64,000 nucleotides of DNA from Polyangiales bacterium (GCA_038230375.1 JBBRNJ010000021.1:1-64000); one strand, 5' to 3'; shown: positions 47,085 through 56,988, counted from the stretch's first letter. Notes: a model not told the origin generated them from the sequence alone. Translations and numbers: made by a program.

Positions 47085-48770
47085 ATGAAGGAGCGAGCCA
47101 AGGCCGCGTTCGAGCAGGCGAAGAAGTTCTGGGGAACGCTGAGCGCCGTGAAGAAGGCGGCGTTCGTAGGCACTCTGCTGCTTGTGATCGCCGGCGTTGC
47201 GGGACTGTCCGCGGTCTCCGCGCACGAGTCGTATTCGGTGCTCTACACGGACCTCTCGCCAGAGGATGCGGGGCTGGTCACGGCGAAGCTGAAAGATCTG
47301 AAAATCCCGTTCAAGGTGGAAGGCGAGAGCACGATCAGCGTGCCCGAAGAGCGCGTCCGCGAGCTGCGGATCGACCTCGCGGGCCAGGGCCTTCCGCGCG
47401 GCGGCGGCGTCGGCTTCGAGGTGTTCGACAAGCAGCACCTGGGCGCCACGGAGCTGGAGCAACGCGTGCTCGTGCGGCGCGCCCTGGAAGGTGAGCTCGC
47501 ACGCACCATCTCTTCGATTCAATCCGTGCAGAGTGCACGCGTTCATCTGGTGATGCCTGAGCGCAGCCTGTTCGTGTCGCAGTCGCGCGAGGCGGCCACG
47601 GCCTCCGTGGTGGTGAGGCTGCGTCCGGGTCGCACCATGCCCCCGAGCGACGTCGCGAGCGTGGTCCATCTCGTCGCCAGCGGCGTCCCTGGGCTCTCCG
47701 AGTCTCGCGTCTCCGTGGTGAGCGCCGACGGGACCACGCTGCATCGCCCGAATGGCGACGGCGAGGCAGCGGCGAACGATGCGCGCAGCGAACGCGAGCA
47801 CGAGATGCAGAGCACCCTCGAAGCGCGCGCACGTGAGCTCCTGGAGCGCACCGTGGGCCGCGGGCACGCAGATGTACGCGTCGCCGTGGAGCTCGATCAG
47901 AGCTCCCACGAGCGCACCGAAGAGCACTACGAACCGCAAAAATCCGTCCTTCGCAGCGAGCAACGGATGGAGGAGCGCAACGGGCCGGCACCAGCATCGC
48001 CCGCCGGCGCGACCAGCGTGGCGTTCGTGCCCACGGCCCAGCCAGCTGGCGCGACGCCCGCGCCATCCTCATCCACCGCGCCCGCGCCGAGCACAAAGGT
48101 GGCGGCGGGCATTCCTGGTGCACAGACGAATCTTCCGGGCGGCGCGTCCCCCGAGGGGGTCGGTGGTGCGATCGGGCCCGGGCCATACAAGCAGAGCTAC
48201 ACGCACAATTTCGAGGTCGATCGCGTCACCGAGAAGACCGTCCAGGTGAGCGGCAAGGTCGTGCGCATCAGCGTGGCCGTGCTCGTGGACGGGGTGAAGA
48301 AGGACGGCGTGGTCGTCCCGCGTGAGAAAGAGGAAATGGACAAGCTCAGCGAGCTCGTGAAGAGCGCCGTTGGCTTCAGCGCGGCCCGCGGCGATGCGCT
48401 CCACATCGAGAGCTCCGCGTTCGCGACGGTGGAGACGGAGGAGCCCGCGCTTGCCGTGGTCGCGCCGCTGTCGCCGCGCATGGTGAAGGCTCGCACCTAC
48501 GCGCCCATCGCCGGCGTCGTGGTCGCGCTGGCCGTGATGGGCCTGGTGGTCCGCCGCAGCCGCAAGAAGAAGCTCGCGAAGGCCGCCGAGATCGTGGCGC
48601 CAGAACCGCCAATCTTCCAACTGGAACACTCCACCATGACGCCGGCCAAGGCGCTGCCTCCAGGCGACGTGGACGCCCTTCGCAAGGAAGCGCTCGACAT
48701 CGCCGTCAAGGATCCCGCGACTGCGGCGAACGTGCTCCGTGCATGGCTGCACGCGCAGAGCGTGGCTTGA
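47085..48770 (+). CDS. fliF: MS-ring protein
   Basis: GFEVFD, RALEGELARTI, SARVHLVMP, ASVVV, ISVAVLVDG, RGD; two TM helices. Confidence 0.96.
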   Translation: MKERAKAAFEQAKKFWGTLSAVKKAAFVGTLLLVIAGVAGLSAVSAHESYSVLYTDLSPEDAGLVTAKLKDLKIPFKVEGESTISVPEERVRELRIDLAGQGLPRGGGVGFEVFDKQHLGATELEQRVLVRRALEGELARTISSIQSVQSARVHLVMPERSLFVSQSREAATASVVVRLRPGRTMPPSDVASVVHLVASGVPGLSESRVSVVSADGTTLHRPNGDGEAAANDARSEREHEMQSTLEARARELLERTVGRGHADVRVAVELDQSSHERTEEHYEPQKSVLRSEQRMEERNGPAPASPAGATSVAFVPTAQPAGATPAPSSSTAPAPSTKVAAGIPGAQTNLPGGASPEGVGGAIGPGPYKQSYTHNFEVDRVTEKTVQVSGKVVRISVAVLVDGVKKDGVVVPREKEEMDKLSELVKSAVGFSAARGDALHIESSAFATVETEEPALAVVAPLSPRMVKARTYAPIAGVVVALAVMGLVVRRSRKKKLAKAAEIVAPEPPIFQLEHSTMTPAKALPPGDVDALRKEALDIAVKDPATAANVLRAWLHAQSVA

Positions 48771-48790
48771 TTCTCGCTTGAAGGGCCACC

Positions 48791-49771
48791 ATGCCTGGAA
48801 AGACGCAGCTCACCGGTCCCGAGAAGGCAGTGCTCATGCTGCTCTCCATGGAGGAGTCGATCGCGGCCCCCATCGTGGCCGAGCTCGAGCCGGGCGACGT
48901 GAAGAAGATGCGCGAGATCGCCGCCATGATGCGCGAGGTCCCGCGTCACGCCCTGGACCAACTCTACGGCGAGTTCGTGGCGGAGGCGCAGAAGGCGGTG
49001 GCTGTGCCCAAGGGTGGCATCGCCTACCTCCGCCGGCTCGCCGAGAAGGCGATGGGTGCGTCGCGCTCCGAGGAGCTGTTCGTCGGCGCGCCCGCGTCGC
49101 CGTTCGAGCGCCTCGAGAAGGCGGATGCACAGGCCGTGGCGGCGCTCCTGGAGAGCGAGCATCCGCAGATCGGCGCGGCGATCCTCTCGCAGATCGACTC
49201 GGGCAAGGCGGCCAAGATCCTGGGCTTCTGTGACTCCACGCTGCGCACGGAGCTCGTGTCGCGCATGGCGCTCATGACGGAGGTGCCGGCTGCGATCCTG
49301 GAGAGCGTCGCGGGCGCGCTCGCGAAGCAGCTGCCGGATGGCGCGCAGGCAACGGTGTCGGTCGATGGCGTTGCGTCCGCGGCGTCCGTGCTGAAGAAGC
49401 TTGGCGCGGAGCGGTCGCAAGAGGTGCTCACCGCGCTCGAGGGCGAGAGCGTCGCGGAGGAGATCAAGGCCGCCATGTTCACGATGGAGGATCTGCGCGG
49501 CCTGGACGTGCGAATCCTGCGCATGATCCTGAAGGAGGTCCCGCAGGACACGCTCGTGGTCGCCATGAAGACCGCGAGCGAGGAGCTGAAGGGGAAGATC
49601 TTCTCGAGCATGTCCACGCGCGCGGCGGATCTGTTGAAGGACGAGCTCGACTCGCTCGGGGCCGTGCGCCTTGCGGATGTCGAGGCGGCGCAACGCGGCG
49701 TGGTGGAGGCGGCCAAGTCCCTGGAGGCGAGCGGCCGCATCAGTCTGTCCGAGGAAAACGGCAGTGTTTGA
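48791..49771 (+). CDS. fliG: Motor switch protein
   Basis: LTGPEKAVLMLL, EHPQ, MFTMEDL, MSTRAADLLKDELD, DVEAAQ. Confidence 0.95.
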   Translation: MPGKTQLTGPEKAVLMLLSMEESIAAPIVAELEPGDVKKMREIAAMMREVPRHALDQLYGEFVAEAQKAVAVPKGGIAYLRRLAEKAMGASRSEELFVGAPASPFERLEKADAQAVAALLESEHPQIGAAILSQIDSGKAAKILGFCDSTLRTELVSRMALMTEVPAAILESVAGALAKQLPDGAQATVSVDGVASAASVLKKLGAERSQEVLTALEGESVAEEIKAAMFTMEDLRGLDVRILRMILKEVPQDTLVVAMKTASEELKGKIFSSMSTRAADLLKDELDSLGAVRLADVEAAQRGVVEAAKSLEASGRISLSEENGSV

Positions 49772-50510
49772 GCGCAAGGTGAAGGACGCGATCTTCGCGC
49801 AGCGCGATGCCCCGCGTCGCGCTCGCGTGTCATGGCTGCCGGCGTCGCAGACCGCGCCTGCGTCATCACGGCTCCGACCAACCGAGCCCTCCGCGCGTCA
49901 CGAACCCGCGCAGTCGGAGGCGCCCGCCACGCAGAGCTCGCCGCAGCCACATTCGCCGGGCAGCTCCGACGTGGTCCCGGCGCCGTCGCCGTCGTCAGCC
50001 GAGCCGCCGCAGACAGTCCGCGGCTTCTTCGACGAGCTACCGGCATTTTCGCCGCCACCAGAGCCGCCACCGACCACGGACGCGCTGGCCGCGATCGAGT
50101 CGTTCGTGCAGGCCGCGGAGGCGCTCTCGGAGATCCGCGCGCTGCGCCACTCGCGCGTCGAGCGTGACCTTGTCGAGCTCGCGGGTGCCATTGCAGAGCG
50201 CGTCCTGGGCAGGGAGCTCACGATCGACCCATCGCTGCTCGCCGCGCTGGCGCGAGACGGCATCCTTGCGCTTGCGGACCGCGAGAACGTGACCGTGCGC
50301 TTCTCGAGCGACACGCCAGACGAGGCGAAATCGAAGCTGATCGACGCCGTGACGACGCGCGCACCGGGTTGCAAGGTGGTCTTCGATCGCGAGCTGGTCG
50401 CCGGATCGTGCGTCGTGGAGTCCGCGCAGGGCTTCGTGGACGAGTCGGTGACCACGCGCCTCGACGTGGTCATGGAGCAGCTCGGCTTCGGCCGTGGAGG
50501 CATGGGATGA
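49764..50510 (+). CDS. fliH: Flagellar export regulator FliH (Pro-rich N-terminus)
   Basis: GTG 49764; LVELAGAIAERVLGREL, GSCVVES..GFVDES; lies between fliG and fliI. Confidence 0.82.
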   Translation: MFERKVKDAIFAQRDAPRRARVSWLPASQTAPASSRLRPTEPSARHEPAQSEAPATQSSPQPHSPGSSDVVPAPSPSSAEPPQTVRGFFDELPAFSPPPEPPPTTDALAAIESFVQAAEALSEIRALRHSRVERDLVELAGAIAERVLGRELTIDPSLLAALARDGILALADRENVTVRFSSDTPDEAKSKLIDAVTTRAPGCKVVFDRELVAGSCVVESAQGFVDESVTTRLDVVMEQLGFGRGGMG

Positions 50511-51838
50511 CGGACGTTGATCTGCAGCGGTTTGTCCGCGTGGCGAATCGCGCAGCGGTGCATCGGCCCGTGGGGGTGGTCACGGACATCGTGGGGCTCG
50601 CGGTGGAGATCGGCGGCCTCCGCGCCGGCATCGGAGAGATGCTGCGCGTGGAGTCGAAGACGCCGCTCGACCTCGAGGTCATTGGCTTCCGCGGCGGTCG
50701 GCTCGTGGCCACACCGCTCGGCCCGCTGTCGGGGATTCGCCCGGGCGATCGCGCCGTTCTTTCCGATCGCGGCTCGCAGGTCGCCGTGGGCAACCAGCTC
50801 CTCGGGCGCATCATCGATCCGTTCGGCGTGCCCATCGACGGGCGACCGGGCGTGGCGTCGCACGAAGGCTACCCGGTGCATGCGGCGCCGCCCGCGGCCA
50901 CCAGCCGCAAGCCGATCGAGAAGGTGCTCGGAACGGGCGTGCGCGCGCTGGATTCGCTCCTGACGCTGGGCCGTGGGCAGCGCGTGGGCATCTTCGCCGG
51001 CGCGGGCGTGGGCAAGACCACGCTCCTGGGCATGCTCTGCCGCGCGTCGGATGCGGATGTCAACGTCGTCTCGCTCGTCGGCGAGCGCGGCCGCGAGGTG
51101 AACGAGTTCGTGCGCGACGCGCTTGGCGCGGATGGACTCGCACGGTCGGTGATCGTCGTCGCGACGAGCGATCAGCCCCCGCTGGTCCGTGCGCGCGCGG
51201 CCGAGGCTGCCACTGCGATCGCCGAGTATTTCCGGGATCAGGGCAAGAGCGTGCTCTTCGTCATGGACTCGGTCACCCGCTATGCGATGGCGATGCGCGA
51301 GGCCGCGCTTGCGTCTGGTGAGCCGGCCGCGACGAAAGGATATCCGCCGTCCGTGTTCGCCGCGCTGCCGCGGCTGCTCGAGCGCGCTGGCAACGGCGCA
51401 ACCGAGGGGGCGATCACCGCCGTGTACACCGTCCTCGTGGAGGGCGACGACCTGTCGGACCCGATCGCGGACGCCGTGCGCGGCATCCTGGATGGTCACG
51501 TCGTGCTGTCGCGCTCGCTCGCGGAGGCCGGGCATTTCCCGGCGATCGACGTCCTGGCAAGCCTGTCGCGTCTGATGCCACAGCTCACGACCAAGCCGCA
51601 CGTGGAGGCCGCATCCAAGCTGCGCGAGCTGCTTGGCGCATATCGCGAAGCGAAGGATCTGATCCAGATCGGCGCGTACGAGAAGGGGTCGGACCCACGC
51701 GTGGACGCGGCGGCGCGCATGATGCCGACCATCGAGAAGTTCCTGCGGCAGGGCGAACGCGAGCCCTCGGGGCGGGAGGCTGCGATCAGCGCGCTGATGG
51801 AGCTGGTCGCGGAGGCCACGCGTGAAAACCCGCGCTGA
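50507..51838 (+). CDS. fliI: Flagellar export ATPase
   Basis: ATG 50507; GQRVGIFAGAGVGKT, GERGREV, MDSVTRYAMA.RE, GYPPSVF, DGHVVLSR. Confidence 0.97.
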   Translation: MTDVDLQRFVRVANRAAVHRPVGVVTDIVGLAVEIGGLRAGIGEMLRVESKTPLDLEVIGFRGGRLVATPLGPLSGIRPGDRAVLSDRGSQVAVGNQLLGRIIDPFGVPIDGRPGVASHEGYPVHAAPPAATSRKPIEKVLGTGVRALDSLLTLGRGQRVGIFAGAGVGKTTLLGMLCRASDADVNVVSLVGERGREVNEFVRDALGADGLARSVIVVATSDQPPLVRARAAEAATAIAEYFRDQGKSVLFVMDSVTRYAMAMREAALASGEPAATKGYPPSVFAALPRLLERAGNGATEGAITAVYTVLVEGDDLSDPIADAVRGILDGHVVLSRSLAEAGHFPAIDVLASLSRLMPQLTTKPHVEAASKLRELLGAYREAKDLIQIGAYEKGSDPRVDAAARMMPTIEKFLRQGEREPSGREAAISALMELVAEATRENPR

Positions 51839-52253
51839 CAAGCTCGTACAGGTCACGGAAGAGGTACGGGACCGCGCGCGCCGCGTACAGGCGAGCGCGA
51901 TGGATGCGGTGGGGAAGGCAACGCACGCCCTCGGCGCGTGCATGGAAGGTCTGGCTGCAGCGCAGAGAGAGCGCAACGAGCTCAACGCTCGCGGCGGCAA
52001 CGAGGCTGCGTTCCACGAGACCGACGCGTGGGTCCGCTCGCACGAGGGCCGCGTGTCCCGGGCACACGATGCCGTGGCGGAGGCGCAGCGCGTGCTTGCC
52101 GCCGCGAAGAAGGACGTGGAGCACGCGATGATCCGCGTGGAGCAGATGTGCGCGTTGCGTGAGCGCTCCCTTGAAGCGCTTCGGGTAAAGGAAGACCGCG
52201 CCGAGCGTCGCGCCGAAGACGAGAGCTTGGCGCGCAGAGCGACAACCAAATGA
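51822..52253 (+). CDS. fliJ: FliJ-like export chaperone
   Basis: 143-aa coiled coil after fliI, ending ERRAEDE. Confidence 0.7.
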   Translation: MKTRADKLVQVTEEVRDRARRVQASAMDAVGKATHALGACMEGLAAAQRERNELNARGGNEAAFHETDAWVRSHEGRVSRAHDAVAEAQRVLAAAKKDVEHAMIRVEQMCALRERSLEALRVKEDRAERRAEDESLARRATTK

Positions 52254-52328
52254 CGAGAGACCCGCCAGCGCAGCGCCAGTGAACGGCGCTTCGGCGGCGA
52301 ACTGGAGTGCGTTTCGCCGGCTCTGGGG

Positions 52329-52345
52329 TTGGCCCCGCACTTGCT
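52329..52345 (+). promoter_or_regulatory. Sigma54 promoter for the flgD operon
   Basis: TTGGCCC-CGCAC-TTGCT (GG-N10-GC); inverted repeat CGGCGAA-N11-TTCGCCG just upstream. Confidence 0.7.
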
Positions 52346-52357
52346 CTGACACTGGTC

Positions 52358-53059
52358 ATGTCCTCCGTGAATTCGAGCAGCGCGACCAGCAACACCTCAC
52401 CGGCAACGAGCGACCCCATCGGCAGCGCAGTGGGTAAGAACCAGACGCTCGGCCAGGACGCGTTCATGAAGCTGCTGGTCGCCCAGATCCAGCACCAGGA
52501 CCCGCTCAATCCGCAGTCGAACACCGAGTTCGTCTCGCAGCTGGCGCAGTTCTCTTCGCTCTCGGAGCAGACGAACACGAACAAGCTCCTCGAGCTTGTC
52601 TCCATCCAGCAGAAGGGCCTGGCGAACACGGACGACGTCCAGCTGATCGGCAAGTCGGTCACCGTGTCCGGTAACACGATGACGTCGACAGGGCAGGGGT
52701 ATGCGGTGCCTGGAAGCTTCACGCTCGGTGCGGCGGCGGCCTCGGCGTCGGTCACCATCTCGGATGCGTCGGGCAACCCGGTGCGCACGGTGAATGTCGG
52801 CGCGCACGGCGCAGGCGTCACGCAGTTCTCGTGGGATGGCCGCAATGACACGGGGACCGTGCAGCCTGCGGGCTCTTACAAGATCTCCGTCACGGCGAAG
52901 GACGCCAAGGGCAACCCGATCGACGTCACCACGACGACGACGGGCGTCGTGAAATCTGTCTCGTACGACGCGAACGGCCCGCTCCTCACACTGATGGACG
53001 GCAGCCAGGCCCGGACGAGCGAGTTGTCGCAGGTGAGCGCGGCTCCGGCCGCGAAGTAA
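52358..53059 (+). CDS. flgD: Hook-capping protein
   Basis: LGQDAFMKLLVAQIQHQDPLNP..EFVSQLAQFS, WDGRND.G. Confidence 0.96.
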   Translation: MSSVNSSSATSNTSPATSDPIGSAVGKNQTLGQDAFMKLLVAQIQHQDPLNPQSNTEFVSQLAQFSSLSEQTNTNKLLELVSIQQKGLANTDDVQLIGKSVTVSGNTMTSTGQGYAVPGSFTLGAAAASASVTISDASGNPVRTVNVGAHGAGVTQFSWDGRNDTGTVQPAGSYKISVTAKDAKGNPIDVTTTTTGVVKSVSYDANGPLLTLMDGSQARTSELSQVSAAPAAK

Positions 53060-53075
53060 CGAGGAGGAGAAGCAG

Positions 53076-54362
53076 ATGTCGATTGTAAGCACGATGTACA
53101 CGGGTGTTTCGGGACTCACGGCGGAGGGCGATGCCCTTGGGGTGGTCGGCGACAACATCGCAAACTCGAACACGGTGGGCTTCAAGTCGCAGCGGGCGGT
53201 CTTCGAGGACATGCTCGGGCGCTCGGTGTCCGCGACCGGCGCGGGCGCAGGCGTTCGCATGAGCAGCGTGCAGCAGCTCTTCACGGAGGGGGCGCTCACC
53301 AGCACGGGCATCTCCACGGATCTCTCGATCGGCGGGGACGGCTTCTTCGTTGTCTCGGGCGCGGTGAACGGCGTGCAGGGCAGCTTCTACTCGCGCGCGG
53401 GCCAGTTCAACGTGGACGCGAAGGGTGCCCTGGTGAACGCGCAGGGCCTCGCGGTGCAGGGCTACGGCGTGAACAAGGACGGCACGTTCTCACCCGCTGT
53501 CACCGGCATCAACGTTCCGGTATCGGCGCTTGCGCCGCAGGCCACCACCAAGATGAGCATGGTCGCGAACCTAGATTCGAGCGCGACGCCCCCGAACCCG
53601 CCGTTCGACGTGACGAAGGCGGCGGCCACGTCGAACTTCTCCACCGCGATGTCGGTCACCGACTCTCTCGGCAAGAGCCACAATCTCAACGTCTACTTCG
53701 AGAACACCGGCGCGGGGCAGTGGAACTACCACGTGGTCTCGGACGGTGGAGACCTTGCGGGCGGCACCGCGGGCGTGCCGCAGGAGATCGGCGGCGGCAA
53801 CTTCCAGTTCGGCTCCGACGGCACGCTCACCAGCAACACCGTGGGCACGCCGATCGCCGCGAACTTCGTGAACGCGACGGCCGGCCAGGCGATCGCGCTG
53901 AATTTCGGCTCCACCACCGCGGGCGGCGGCAGTGGGACCGACGGCATGACGCAGTTCGCAGCTCCGTCCAGCGTGTCGAGCCAGGGCGCGGACGGTTACT
54001 CTTCTGGCGACCTCACGGGCGTCTCGATCGACGGCAACGGCGTGGTGACGGGCAACTACTCGAACGGGCAGAAGCTGGGGATCGCGAAGCTCGCCGTCGC
54101 CAAGTTCAACTCGAACGAGGGCCTCGCGCGCGCCGGTGAAAACCTCTGGTCCGCTAGCGTCGGTAGCGGCGCGGCCGCGCTCGGCTCGGCGGGCGTTGGC
54201 GGTCGCGGCTCCACGACTGCGGGAACGCTCGAGGGCTCGAACGTCGACATCGCATCGCAGATGGTGGAGCTCATCTCGCACCAGCGCGCGTTCCAGGCGA
54301 ACTCGAAGACCATCACGACGGCCGACGAGATGATGCAGGACCTCGTCAACCTGAAGCACTGA
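53076..54362 (+). CDS. flgE: Flagellar hook protein
   Basis: GVSGL, NIANSNTVGFK, YSRAGQF, DSLG, LEGSNVDI..QRAFQANSKTITTADE. Confidence 0.97.
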   Translation: MSIVSTMYTGVSGLTAEGDALGVVGDNIANSNTVGFKSQRAVFEDMLGRSVSATGAGAGVRMSSVQQLFTEGALTSTGISTDLSIGGDGFFVVSGAVNGVQGSFYSRAGQFNVDAKGALVNAQGLAVQGYGVNKDGTFSPAVTGINVPVSALAPQATTKMSMVANLDSSATPPNPPFDVTKAAATSNFSTAMSVTDSLGKSHNLNVYFENTGAGQWNYHVVSDGGDLAGGTAGVPQEIGGGNFQFGSDGTLTSNTVGTPIAANFVNATAGQAIALNFGSTTAGGGSGTDGMTQFAAPSSVSSQGADGYSSGDLTGVSIDGNGVVTGNYSNGQKLGIAKLAVAKFNSNEGLARAGENLWSASVGSGAAALGSAGVGGRGSTTAGTLEGSNVDIASQMVELISHQRAFQANSKTITTADEMMQDLVNLKH

Positions 54363-54387
54363 TCCCGACCTCCACTGAAGGGCCACC

Positions 54388-54897
54388 ATGAGCGACGCCA
54401 AGGAAGAGAAGAAGGACGAGAAGGCCGCGAAGAAGGGCGGCGGCAAGCTCGGCATGATCGTCGTTGCCGTCTTCGTCTGCCTCTGCTCCACAGCTGGTGC
54501 GGTCTTCGGTCAGGTTGCGCTCGCGCGCATGAAGCCGGAGAAGGAAAAACCCGACGCCGCGTACGAGGAGAAGGAGAAGGAGGAGCCGCTCGGCGCAGAG
54601 ACGCTCGAGCTGCCCTCCATGATCGTGGACATCCGCACGACCACGGGTGAGGTCCACCACCTGAAGGTGGGCGTCGCCATCGAGCTCGCGAAGCCGGTGC
54701 CGGAAGAGGAGCAGAAGAAGCTCATGGCCCGCGCCAAGGACGCCGCGATCTCGTACCTGCGCACGCTCACCTACGATGAAGTGACCAACCAGGAGAAGTT
54801 CGAGGGCATCAAGAAGGAGCTCAACGAGCGCATCTCCAAGGCCATGGGCCACGGGAGAGTGAACCGTGTCCTCTTCACCGACTACGTGGTCCAGTGA
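54388..54897 (+). CDS. fliL: Basal-body-associated protein FliL
   Basis: One TM helix; HHLKVGVAIE, KDAAISYL, RVLFTDYVVQ. Confidence 0.88.
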   Translation: MSDAKEEKKDEKAAKKGGGKLGMIVVAVFVCLCSTAGAVFGQVALARMKPEKEKPDAAYEEKEKEEPLGAETLELPSMIVDIRTTTGEVHHLKVGVAIELAKPVPEEEQKKLMARAKDAAISYLRTLTYDEVTNQEKFEGIKKELNERISKAMGHGRVNRVLFTDYVVQ

Positions 54898-55739
54898 CGA
54901 TGGGCGCAGCCGTGGAGAAGGCGGATCTCTGCCGCTCGTTCGAGACCGACAGGGAGATGAAGGTGGTCCTCGAGCGCGCCGCGTCGGCGTTCTCCAGATC
55001 CCTCCGCCGCCTCCTGTCATTCGTGAGCGCGTTCGGTGTGATCATCGGCGACCCGGAGCTTGATGTGTCGATGGCGGTGGACGCGAAGGGCGACACCCCG
55101 ACCGGCGCCATGGACCTGGGCGGAGAGCAGGGCTTCGTGCGAATCGCCTGCGATCCAAGGCTTGTCGACATGTGCCTCGAGGGCGCCCTGGGCGGAAAGC
55201 GGCTCACGCCGCGCGACCGTGTCGCCCTCTCGGTCGCCGAGCGTTCGCTCATGACCAAGGTGCTCGGCGACCTGGCGAACGAGCTGACGGCGACGTTCGG
55301 TGGTGCGCTTGGACGTCCGCTCTCCAGGGAGCTGCCGCGGCCGGACGCGCTCCGCGGTCATCAAAAGTTGTATGTTGCACGCTATCCCGTCGAAGGCGAT
55401 GGCGTGGAGGCCAGCTTCACCATCACCGCGTCGCGCGACGTGCTCCACAAGGAGAACGCAGAGGCGGAGCTCGCGGAGCCCGCGCATCTGAACCCTGCGA
55501 TGGTAGGGCTCGTGCAGGACGTGGAGGTGCCGATCGTGGCCGAGCTGGGCCGCGTGAAGGTCGGCCTCACGGCCCTGCTCTCGTTGCAGGTGGGTGACGT
55601 GCTGCGGCTCACCGCGGCCACGGACGACCCCGTGAGCGTGCGGGTGGCCGGCCAGGAGAAGTTCGGTGCGGTGCCCGTGATCTCACGCGGCCAGGTGTCG
55701 GTAGAGGTCCAGTCACGAAGGTTCGGGAGGCAGAGATGA
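54894..55739 (+). CDS. fliM: Motor switch protein FliM (divergent, N-terminally shortened)
   Basis: Lies between fliL and fliN; ALGG..LSVAE middle domain; SpoA domain AELGR..LLSLQVGDVLRL. Confidence 0.82.
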   Translation: MTMGAAVEKADLCRSFETDREMKVVLERAASAFSRSLRRLLSFVSAFGVIIGDPELDVSMAVDAKGDTPTGAMDLGGEQGFVRIACDPRLVDMCLEGALGGKRLTPRDRVALSVAERSLMTKVLGDLANELTATFGGALGRPLSRELPRPDALRGHQKLYVARYPVEGDGVEASFTITASRDVLHKENAEAELAEPAHLNPAMVGLVQDVEVPIVAELGRVKVGLTALLSLQVGDVLRLTAATDDPVSVRVAGQEKFGAVPVISRGQVSVEVQSRRFGRQR

Positions 55740-56077
55740 GCGCAGATCTGATCGCTGACGGGCAAGACACCAGTGCGGACTTCGCGACGGAAGAGAAGAA
55801 GCCGCGGGCGTCCGCAGGCGCCGATCTTGGCTTCGTCATGGATGTGCCGATCGAGTTGACGGTGGAAATCGGCCGTAAAACGATGCGCATCGCCGACGTC
55901 TTGACGCTGGGCCCCGGATCGATCCTCGAGCTCGACAAGGCTTCGGGCGAACCGCTCGACATTCTCCTGAACAATCGCTGCGTCGCGCGAGGCGAAGCCG
56001 TGGTCATCGGGGATCGGTACGGAGTTCGCATCACCGAAGTATTCGCGATGGACGAGAAACGAGGAGGACTTCGATGA
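55736..56077 (+). CDS. fliN: Motor switch protein
   Basis: DVPIELTVEIGR..LGPGSILELDK..GEP..ARGEAVV..YGVRIT. Confidence 0.96.
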   Translation: MSADLIADGQDTSADFATEEKKPRASAGADLGFVMDVPIELTVEIGRKTMRIADVLTLGPGSILELDKASGEPLDILLNNRCVARGEAVVIGDRYGVRITEVFAMDEKRGGLR

Positions 56078-56985
56078 AACGCGCAGTATTGGTCCTGTTG
56101 CTTCTGCTCTGCCCGACGTTGGCGCTTGCCGCCCCCGCCGTGACCGGACCGGCTCCCGCGCCGAACGCGGTGGCCACGCCTGCGTGGATGGCGAAGAACC
56201 ACGATGAACCGCCTGATCCTCCGCCTCCGCCTGCGGCCGCATCGCGACTGCGCGGCGTTCTTGCGGCGTTCATGGTGCTGTCGCTCATCGGCTTTGCCGT
56301 GTGGACGAAGACGAAGAAGAAGAACCTGGCCATCAAGAATCCCACCGCCTACGTCACGGTCTCGGACAGCGTGAAGGTGGGCGAGAAGGCGCACCTTGTC
56401 GTTGCCAGGATCGGAGACCGCACCGTGGTCCTTGGCGTGACGGAGCACGGCGTTCGTCGCCTGATGGACATCGAGGTGCCGAAGTCAGTGGCTCTTGCGG
56501 TGGCGCGCTCGTCGGGTCACATCAAGTCGGCCGCGAAGTTGAAGCCCGCGCCCAGCGCGACCACGAAGGCCTCAGGAACCATGCTGGCGGCAGCGAGCAT
56601 CAAGTCGCGCTTCCAGTCGCTCCTGCAGCGCGCGAAGCACCCCGCCGCGCGTCTCCAGCTTGCAACGAACGACGACGCAGACGACACCGAGAGCTCCTTT
56701 GACGAGGAAGGCACGCACTGGACGGAGAAGCTGGACGACGAGCTCCGTACCGCGCAGAACGAGGCCGCCGAGGCGCAGGACTCCGAGGCGCATCTGCAAG
56801 TCTCCCCGCCTGGAGCAGTGTCGGCCCCGATGCTGCCCGTCGCGAACGACACCTATGACGCCCGCGTACGGATGCGCCTCTCCGGCTCGTCCCCCGTGGA
56901 GCGCGAGTCGCGTCACACGATCGATCCCCTTGGTCTCGAGGAGCAGGTCAGTGGTCTTCTCACCGCCCGTGCGCGGCGGAGCTGA
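56074..56985 (+). CDS. fliO: FliO-like protein with long C-terminal extension
   Basis: Signal plus TM helix, VGEKAHLVVARIGDRTVVLGVTE FliO core; lies between fliN and fliP. Confidence 0.75.
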   Translation: MKRAVLVLLLLLCPTLALAAPAVTGPAPAPNAVATPAWMAKNHDEPPDPPPPPAAASRLRGVLAAFMVLSLIGFAVWTKTKKKNLAIKNPTAYVTVSDSVKVGEKAHLVVARIGDRTVVLGVTEHGVRRLMDIEVPKSVALAVARSSGHIKSAAKLKPAPSATTKASGTMLAAASIKSRFQSLLQRAKHPAARLQLATNDDADDTESSFDEEGTHWTEKLDDELRTAQNEAAEAQDSEAHLQVSPPGAVSAPMLPVANDTYDARVRMRLSGSSPVERESRHTIDPLGLEEQVSGLLTARARRS

Positions 56986-56988
56986 GTC

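Noticed and set aside
49898..52249. 783-aa minus-strand ORF (and similar long ones at 59702..61858, 25082..27067, 18757..20406, 8298..9836)
   Set aside because: Shadow ORFs antisense to clear genes, expected in high-GC DNA; no recognisable motifs.
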